Assembly: GCA_023515725.1 (NCBI GenBank)
Contig: JALDTO010000235.1
Span: forward strand, 480,371-544,370
DNA length: 64,000 nt
Reading direction: 5' to 3'
Source of the DNA: Amoeboaphelidium protococcarum X5
Lineage: Eukaryota > Fungi > Aphelidiomycota
The position numbers and the translations under genes are program-made. Positions 55,550-64,000 of the stretch are shown one piece after another; position 1 is the first letter of the stretch, and every line of letters starts with the position of its first letter. The notes beneath the pieces were generated by a model that was given only the letters and a program-made list of their open reading frames with translations, searched no databases and was not told the origin of the DNA.

Positions 55550-57840
55550 TGATGAAAGTTATTCTCAAGCACCTTCTGTCAATGATTCTAGCTTCTGAAA
55601 AGCAATCTACTTTCTTGGGATTAGTGGTGCCAATTACACGTTATAGTACATTATCAAGATGCTAGTTTAGACTTGGTATAATATTTCCAAATTATAATTG
55701 CAAAAGAATCCCTGGTGGTGCTATTGAAGATAGAGGCATATCGACAGATGAAGATTAAATTTGATACGCTTGAAAGATGTACTGTAGTCTTATAGAACAT
55801 CGTATTAGTTGCTTTGCAATGATAACAACTCTGCATCACGTTGTTGATTTGATTCCTGGCAAGAGAATGAGTGCCAGAAGAAGTTTCTACACCGATCTGG
55901 ACAAGAAGGTTATTTATGATTTTTATAGACAGTTTTCTAATCATAAGAAGCGCTCTGGAGTATCTATCTGTCCGTGTGCAGTTGTTTGTCCATAATTAGC
56001 GTAAATTTTGTATGCAAAATATGGATGCAGTCGTTGACCTTGAGTCGGGAAGATTGTTTAAAGGCTTGCTGGAATCCTCTGCGAAGGAGTTCATGACTGC
56101 ATGTGCAATGCACGTACTTTCCAATGCTCTGAAGGCCCTTAAGCGCGTTATATATCATAAAGTATACTTCTTACGCCCAGATCTGAAGTCGCGTATCAAA
56201 TTAATGGATTAGTCTCGTATCTGATACAATGTATCTGTTACTTCGTTTAGATGAGCTGCAAAGGGAGATCAAAACGAAACTGGCTATTATTGTGTAGGAT
56301 GAAAAGACTCCATTAATTGATTATTTTGATTACATTTGCCATTGCTATAGAATTTTGGGGAAAGGTGTATTGCCATGTTGTTTGCGAAGGCATTGAGAAG
56401 CTTTAAAGCTGTCTGAAAAGGCATAAATAATGATGTTTGTATGCTGAACAATCTTATAGGTTCCTAATCTGAGGTAGTGCAATTAATAAAGGAAGCGCTC
56501 TAGAGTCAAGATGATATTTCGTTCGATTTCATAATCCATTGTATCGACAGTCAATATTCAACGCGTATTTGTTCGTCTACCTGTCGCTTTTCTACTAGTA
56601 TATACACTATCTAAATCAAAAAGGTGTGAAATCATTCTCTTTACTGCCCGTCTGTAGTAGCAGGATAAAAATGATGACGGTTACAAGTGAAAGTTTAGTT
56701 AGAGCGATATTACTTGGGATGATGATGGCAACTTTATTTAGAAATATTCCTGGATACAAGAACGCGCAAGTTTGCGGCTTTAGGACTGATGGGGTCCAAG
56801 TATAATTTGTCTATTAATGTAATTAAGACTTTGCACCAGTTGTTATTGAAGAAGCTCGCTGCATTGCTACCGCTCCTGTCTCTATGCTTGCTTTGAATAA
56901 TAAGGTGATGACGATTTTGCTCGCATATATTGCCAGGAATGTGCTGTAGATGATTTTTTTTTGAATAAGACGTGGCTATGGAAGATGAGTTTGCTGAACA
57001 GGTTGGGGCTGTGTAAGCGTAGATGATGAAGCAGAGGTTGTTTAGTGTTGACAGTAAGATATTACAAGAACTGGATGAAAGTGGCGTTAGACATTGCTCA
57101 GCAGATGACACTTATATTGACCTCGGATTTTAGACTATAGAGGGATGAGCCGGTTGAAGTAAAGCGCCATATTGTTAATATTACGAGAAGCCTGTGGGTA
57201 AATGATCATGACTGGATGTCAGTGAGAGCCATGTTTGATTCAATATTGGACTTCTGCAAGAATGCTAGTATCAAGACTGTGATTACGATAGTGGTTAGTA
57301 ACGCGGTTTTCTATACTCTATCACAGATCTGGGAACACCGAAGTAAAAACAAAGGTTTTATATCAGTGATGCTGCCTTAAGATAGTCAGAAATGTGGTGT
57401 GTCCAGCAATAAAGGAAAAGAAAGAAGAGATAGTATAGTTGTGCAATTGGACAATGATGTTGTCTTTGATGGCGGTGCGGCCTAGGTTGATGGAGTTGGC
57501 TAAACTGAACATCAGATGGATGTTGCTGTAAGTGATGCCTAAATTTTTGATGGAAATGATGATGATTATGATCAGCATAAAGGAAATGATAAAAAGAAGA
57601 AAGTAATATACAATAGTAGATTGATAAAATTAAAGAGAAGGAACCTGGAAGCACAAGCTAAGGGCGACTCAAGCAAACGTATCCAGAAAATGTGCTATGA
57701 TGGGCACTCATATAAGAGCTGCCTTGGTCTGGTGAAGCGACAGTAGAAGGACTAGTCGTTGCTGGGCTAACGGTAACTTCAAGAGTAGCTTATGTTTCTC
57801 TTCCCTGAAGGGTGATCTTTGTAGAAGTTGGACTAGTTAG
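55550..57840 (+). pseudogene. Decayed coding sequence of unknown family
   Basis: Protein-like segments in shifting frames, interrupted by TGA even under TAR=Q, with no clear introns to reconcile them. Confidence 0.4.
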
Positions 57841-58149
57841 AACTACGGCCATGTGATCAGCTACTTTAAATATAATTTATTTCTTCTATCTGCGTTCTTG
57901 AGTGTTATTGTTACAGGAAAAGCTTGTTTCAAACGGTGCATTAGAGACTGATCGTGGATGAACGTCACTTTACTCGTCCGTCTATTACGCGTTTCATTCT
58001 GTTTCAGCCTCTTGGTCTTTCTCCCTTCTTTATCTTTACCATTCATTTATTGCCTTGCCTTAGTGGTAATACGGAATTGGGGAGCATTTTTCATATATTT
58101 CAAGTCTCACATTCTGTCATTGTAAATTATTGGACGTAATAATAAGTGT

Positions 58150-61100
58150 ATGAGTAATAGTAATATTCAGGTGGTGATAAGAGTTCGTCCCATTAGTCAG
58201 AAGGAGATTGCTGGTGGTAGTTGGTCTGCCTGGGATGTCAGAAACCGTTCCATTTTATATCAGGTGGACCAAGGTGGAAAGACTCTATCTTCAGCATAGT
58301 AGTTTATGTTTGACAGAGTATTTCACCAGGAGAATAATGCTCAAGTTTACTCTTCCGTTTAGCCTCTGATAAAGTCGTGTCTTGATGGTTTCAATGCTAC
58401 CATCTTTGCTTATGGCCAGACGAACTCTGGTAAGACTCACACTATGCAAGGCTCTGGAAAAGAGATTGGTATCATTCCTCTGGCCATGCAGGATCTGTTC
58501 AGTGAGATTCAGAATACTCCCAGCCGTGAATTTCTTCTTCGTGTGTCGTATCTGGAGATTTACAATGAAGTCATCAAGGACCTGCTGTGCCCAGAGAATG
58601 ATAACTTGAAGATTCATGAGACTACGGAACGTGAGATATTTGTTGGCAATGTTCGTGAGGAGATTGTTACCAGTGTGGAAGAAGTTATACAGTTGATGCA
58701 GATTGGTGAGAGGAATCGTCATGTTGGTGTCACTAATATGAATGAACGTTCTTCTCGATCGCACACTCTATTCTAAATGGTGATTGAAAGTCGTGATACT
58801 TCAGCTGGAAGTGATGTAAGTGGCGGTGGTGGTGGAAACGATAATGGCTCTTAACAGGTTGTATCTGCGGTCAAAGTGTCGTAACTAAATTTGGTTGATC
58901 TTGCTGGCTCTGAACGATGTAGCTACACTGGAGCAGAGGGAGCCAGATTGCGTGAAGGCGGTCACATTAATAGATCCCTCTTGACTCTGGGCACTGTGAT
59001 TAGTAAATTGAGTGAAAATTCCAGTCACGTGCCCTATAGAGACTCAAAGCTGACCCGTATCTTATAAAATTCTTTAGGTGGTAATGCCAAGACTGCTATC
59101 ATCTGTACGGCTAGTCCTGCCAATAAGTTCATTGAAGAAACGTATTCCACATTGAAGTTCGCCTCCCGTGCCAAGACCATTACTAATTGCCCAGAGATGA
59201 ATGAAATTGTATCTGATGAAGTTATGCTCAAGAGATATTAGAATGAGATTTCTGAATTGAAAAATCAACTCTCTTCATTGAAGGATGTGGATCTGCATCA
59301 TAAGTTTGAGTCGGTGGTTAATGAGAAAATCGCTATCGAAGCCGAAGCTCAGGAGCACAGAAAGTCACTGGAAGAGTATGAGGACCGTATCAAGTTTCTG
59401 ACTGCAAAGATTGGCTAGATGGAGAAATTAGTTTTGAATCCTCATGTTATCGACACGCATGATGAAGCACCGCCAATCAAGAAGTAGAAGATGTTGCGCA
59501 GATAAACTTGGTTTCCTGGTCGGTAGTAGTAGTAGTAGTAGCAGCAAAGATAAGTTTCATTTGAATCTGCAGATAATTTAGTTCAAGCTGTAGAACCTAC
59601 GCGCCTGGTTATCGATTTGACTGATGATTTGAATGATCAAGACGATCAGAATAATTAAGAGGTGAACGATCAGAATGTTGATGACATGAAGCATGATTCA
59701 AATCCAGCCACGCGTCATGAAGTTCAGAATGGTAAGATTTAGCTGGATGGAGATGACATTGCTTCGTTGATATCTGTTTTGGTCAATGGGGATGTTGTCG
59801 ACAATCTTCCTCGTCATATGCATTCTTTGGCCGATTAGCTGATGCAGTTAAAGAAAGAACTTACCAGCCGGATGTCAGCTGAGATGTAGCTACTTCAAAC
59901 TTCTAATGAGAAAATTTAGTCTTAGTATAAGGAAATCTGTGATGAAAAGTCTAGACTATAATAATAACTCGAAGGTGTTAGTTCGGCTTTGCAAGAGAAT
60001 TTAGTCTCGACTTCCAGATAAGAGTACCATCCGTAATCTCCTGCCTCAGATTTTGGACAATGTTCAGCTGTGATAGATAGCTCTACTTAAACTTAGTATG
60101 TCGACAGTCGTTTTACGGCTCTATAGGAGTAGTTGAATGAGGTGAAAGGGGTGAAAGATTCTTTGTTGTAGTCAGCTCAAGGATTGTCGTTTTGCGATGG
60201 TGCCTAAGCCCCAATCAGAAAGCTGGTCCATGATATCTCTGAGTTGTATACTGGTAAGCTGTGCGAATTGAAGTAGAAGCAAATGCTTGAGCTGGCAGAA
60301 AACAAGAGAGTTATCGAAGATTTGGAAGTTTAAGTCAAGTCGTTGAGAGATGACAGGCTATAATAAGATGAACAACTCCAGTATTTAACATAACATAATT
60401 TGGAGATATCCTTGGAACATCGACAAATGTCTGCCTTATTCGATTCTTAGGAAGACTGCATAGAAACTCTTGAACAACAGTTAGAAGCTGCCTCCAAAGA
60501 GCTTGACGCTGCAGTTGATAAATGTTCCCTTGCAGAGAGTCGTTGTGTTAAATTGTAAGAAGAGAAGTAAGCTTTGAGTAAATAGTTATTGTAAGAAAGC
60601 CTTGCTGCTTCTGAACTGTAGTAGTAGTTGGTCATTGCATTGGTTGAATCCGGTCGCATTGTTGCTAATTGTAATCTGAAGTGCAGTGGTTTAGTCTAGG
60701 ATCTGGATCGCGTTTAGGCTGAAAAGTAATCTGCTCAACAGGAGCTGGCTTTGGAATTGGAGCAGTAGCAGTATGATTTTGATAATCAAATGACGTAGAG
60801 AATGTAGTAAATCTAAAAATAAGATGAAGAGATTGAGCGTCTCCAAACAGAAGTCGATAACTTGTCAAGTCAGGTTCTTAGTGAAAGGTAGAGCAAGGAA
60901 GCTTTTGAGCGTTAACTTGAAACACTTACCGAAGAGCGAGATGTTATTAATGGCAAATTGTCTGTACAGTCTCAGGATATTCTGTCGCTGTAGAACGAGT
61001 TATCATCCAAGTAGACCGAGATTGAGTAATTGACTACTGATCTTGAGAGTCAGAATGCTTAACTCTAAAATCAGTTGGATGATTGGAATGCTCAGAAGCT

Positions 61101-63228
61101 ATCGTTTACCGATTAAATAGCTCAGCTGTAGTGTGATAAAGATATGTTGATATTGGAGCTGGAGGAAAGGCTACAGAATATATCTCGCATGCAGTAAACT
61201 TTAATTGAAAGTCAAAGCTCCTCTGGAGAATAGGTGACTGTATTGCAAGAGCGCTTGAAGTAATCTGAGATTGAAGTAGCCACAATGTAGTCCGAGAAAG
61301 AGTCTTTGCAATAGTCAATGTATTAGCTGTAAGCTGAGATTGATGTGCTTGTTGCCCAATAATCGGTAATTGATCAAAGTAAAGAAGAATACCTGAGTTA
61401 GCTATAAGAGTCTGAGCGCTCATTGAAAGATCTATAGTCACAACTGTCAGACTGTCAACATCGGGAGGAGGACCTGCAACTGTAATTATAGTTGAAGGTT
61501 TAAGAAGCTGAGAAGTTTGAATTAGTTAATACATCATTGGAGCAGAAGTTTTAGGAGTAGACATCTGAAAATTCGGTCTTGTAATCTGATGTGAAACGGC
61601 TGACTGAGGATTGTAATACCTTGAAGGAGTAAAATGGCTCTGGTCTAACCGAGATCTAGTGTTTGAAAGAGTAGCTTGATATTTTGTTAGCCAAGCATTA
61701 ATAGCTAGAGTTGTAAAAGTAGTAGAAATCTGATTCAGTCGTGGCTCTGAATGATAAATTAAGTACCACGTCTGCAGATTTTGAGTCTCAAGTTCTTGGT
61801 CTCCAGAGCAAGGTGGACTAGCTTAATAGTCTATTGATGGAACAGTAATAGTTGTATGATGGTTCCTAAGTTGAAAAAGATAGGATCAATGAAGCTTTAC
61901 AGGGTGCCAATGCTAGCTTGGCCTTGAAGCAGGTAGATATTGATCGTCTCAATAGTCACTGTGTTCATCGCAATCAACAATTTGCTGCTTTGAAGCTTAA
62001 AATTTAAGATTTATAGCAAATGCTCCTTAATCTGGTTCAGTCCAGTTCTGCTTTATTCGCTAGTCATTCTTCATCTATGGATAAGTGCATCGAGAGCTTA
62101 AAGTAGAAAGTCATGGGATAGTTGGAAAGTATTCGTAAGAGCTTCTAGTCTTAGTTGGTTCAAGTTGAGCCAAAGGGTCAGTAGATTGATGTCTAGTCTT
62201 TTAAAGCGTTAAAGTTGGCATATAAAGAAGAAGTTGAGAAGCATCGTGCTACATAGTAAAAATACGAATCTGAGCTGACATTACTAAAGGTATAACCTTG
62301 TTTAATGATTAATTTTAGATTATAACTCATAATAATGCTTTGTTTTATGTAGAATGACTCTGAAATGTTTAAAAAGTCTGATGTGCTCAAGGCATAGCTC
62401 ATGAACGACAGGAAGAACTTTCAAATTTAAAGCAAGCAGTTGGAAGCTGTGATAGCTGCAATGAAGAGGTACGTTTACACATACCTTCCCATTAACCCAC
62501 TTGATACTATATTGTCTCGTATTATGTAGTGAGCTCGATAAATCTGTTCAGTTTACTGAGCAGTTGTAGTCTGAGATCAGAATGAAGGATCAAGAGTTGA
62601 AACAACTTCACTCCAAGGTGAAGTCAATGCAACAGGCACCTACTCAAGTTGGAGGTAGTTCGGTGTAACTTGGTAAAGAGTCTGAGCATTTAGATCTCAT
62701 CAAAGCTTTGAAAGATCGTGTTGTATAATTAACTGCTGAGAAGGAGGATGCATAAAAAGAGCTTCGTCAAAGTATAATCTTGCGCAATCAAGATGCCCAG
62801 CAGGTGCGAAGATTGGAACAGTCTCTGTAACAGTTGTAATCTGACTAGCTTAAGGCCAAACGCGAAGTTAGTAGTAAAGCGAAGAAGGTGTAGCGCAGCA
62901 TTTAAGATTAGGAGGTACGTTACTAAATCTTGCTCAGACTGTAAAATTGTTACTGATGAACTCCGATTGTGTAGAGTAAGGAGAACGAGTATGTTGTGGT
63001 TGATAAGCAGGACAACTTAGATGAGGAGCAGCCAAAGATTGTATTCCATACAAGACAAAGTAAATTAGCTGCCAATGATACTCAATCGGTAATATTTCTA
63101 CCCACATACATTGTAAAGTCATTAATTGCCAAAATTGATATGTTCTAATGTAGAAGTAACCGCCAAGACGCAACAGAAATCTCAAGGCAAAACCTCAGCA
63201 AGATGAAGCCGATTGTAAGCAACAATGA
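58150..63228 (+). CDS. CENPE: Kinesin-7, CENP-E-like
   Basis: [51 protein letters not shown], RRxTW-like MLRQITW, long coiled coil, C-terminal CKQQ; several short 3' introns. Confidence 0.92.
59524..59547 (+). repeat. (TAG)6 CAG CAA in-frame polyglutamine tract
   Basis: CGG TAG TAG TAG TAG TAG TAG CAG CAA in the kinesin reading frame. Confidence 0.9.
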
Positions 63229-63439
63229 AATAATTCGGCTATATTAATACCTTTACTTTGTACCTCATCATTTTTATTTAATATATTCATTTTAATTATA
63301 ATCAGTCCACAGTGTCATTTAGCCAATCTATTCTACAAAATTTACTCAAGCGCGTCGTCGTCCATCTCAAACCAAATCTGGGGCGATGACAGATGGACTT
63401 TATTAATTTCCTTCTTAATTGTGATGGAAATATTACAAA

Positions 63440-64000
63440 ATGGATCGAGTCGAATTTGAGAAGCTTGTTGATGAAGAGCTTAAATCGGAGTGGACCGCTT
63501 AGAATTAGGAGATTTAAAAGCTTTTAGAGAACTAATGCTTTGGTTGGATCCTGTATAAAGGATTGCCACCTCTTGGTAAAGGTCCATTAGTTCACTTTTC
63601 GTCGCCACGTTCATCATCCTCATTAATTAGTTTTGAGATAGTAGAGGGAGGATCAGTGCCGATTATATAAGATTTGCCCACCAAAATGGGTGTATCAGTT
63701 ATATGGAATCGATATGCCAATGAAGATTGGAGTAATGTAGAAGGTATCAAGTAACGTGTCGACTACGCACTTAGTGATTGCATATATGCGACTGGCCTAA
63801 AATAACTTGTCAAAATTGTGCCTGGAGTGAAGTTCCCGAGTTCAAGTAAAAGTTATAATCAGACAGAGCTGGGTGTGTCAAAACTGAATGATGACATAGA
63901 GCGAATGATTGGTGCGGTGTAGGTGAAGAGGCCGCCCAACTCTGTGCACAATAACGGATTTGATATGAATGACATACAACAGATCGTGTCTTATCTGAAT
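63440..64000 (+). CDS. Hypothetical protein with restriction-endonuclease-like (Crinkler REase-type) motif; runs off window
   Basis: Open to window end under TAR=Q; NQTELGVSK...IGAV(Q)VKRP...QQIVSYL. Confidence 0.45.

Overview
Compact, gene-dense eukaryotic DNA with about 33 protein-coding genes, short GT-AG introns and short intergenic gaps. The supplied ORF track is fragmented because the standard code does not apply. TAA and TAG are read as glutamine and TGA is the only stop (NCBI table 6). In-frame TAG/TAA fall on invariant Gln residues (PP2C SMQGWR, STT3 WWDYGYQI, PGI SFDQWGVELGK, ARL8 DIGGQ), and every complete gene model I could follow closes on TGA, tafazzin being the one awkward case. 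Gene content is early-diverging Holomycota-like. Fungal-type genes (bromodomain-less TAF1, Lrg1-type LIM-RhoGAP, She4, Dnm1) sit beside ancestral genes lost in yeasts (INTS4, OFD1, B9D1, CENP-E, ACAD8, FAM135, SelK). With TAR=Gln this best fits an aphelid such as Amoeboaphelidium protococcarum (inference). Several accessory pieces lie among the housekeeping genes: a frameshifted Fanzor/TnpB-like RuvC-zinc-finger remnant (about 24.9-25.3 kb); a decayed telobox-Myb plus CMC-like transposase relic next to two intronless, signal-peptide-bearing DUF5995-like paralogs (32.7-37.2 kb); a 2.3 kb decayed ORF; and a restriction-endonuclease-like (Crinkler-type) gene at the right edge. Two window-wide signals also stand out: a near-invariant TGTAG intron acceptor and ACGCG(T) motifs in promoters. 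All protein calls come from manual retranslation and motif recall; no database searches were run.
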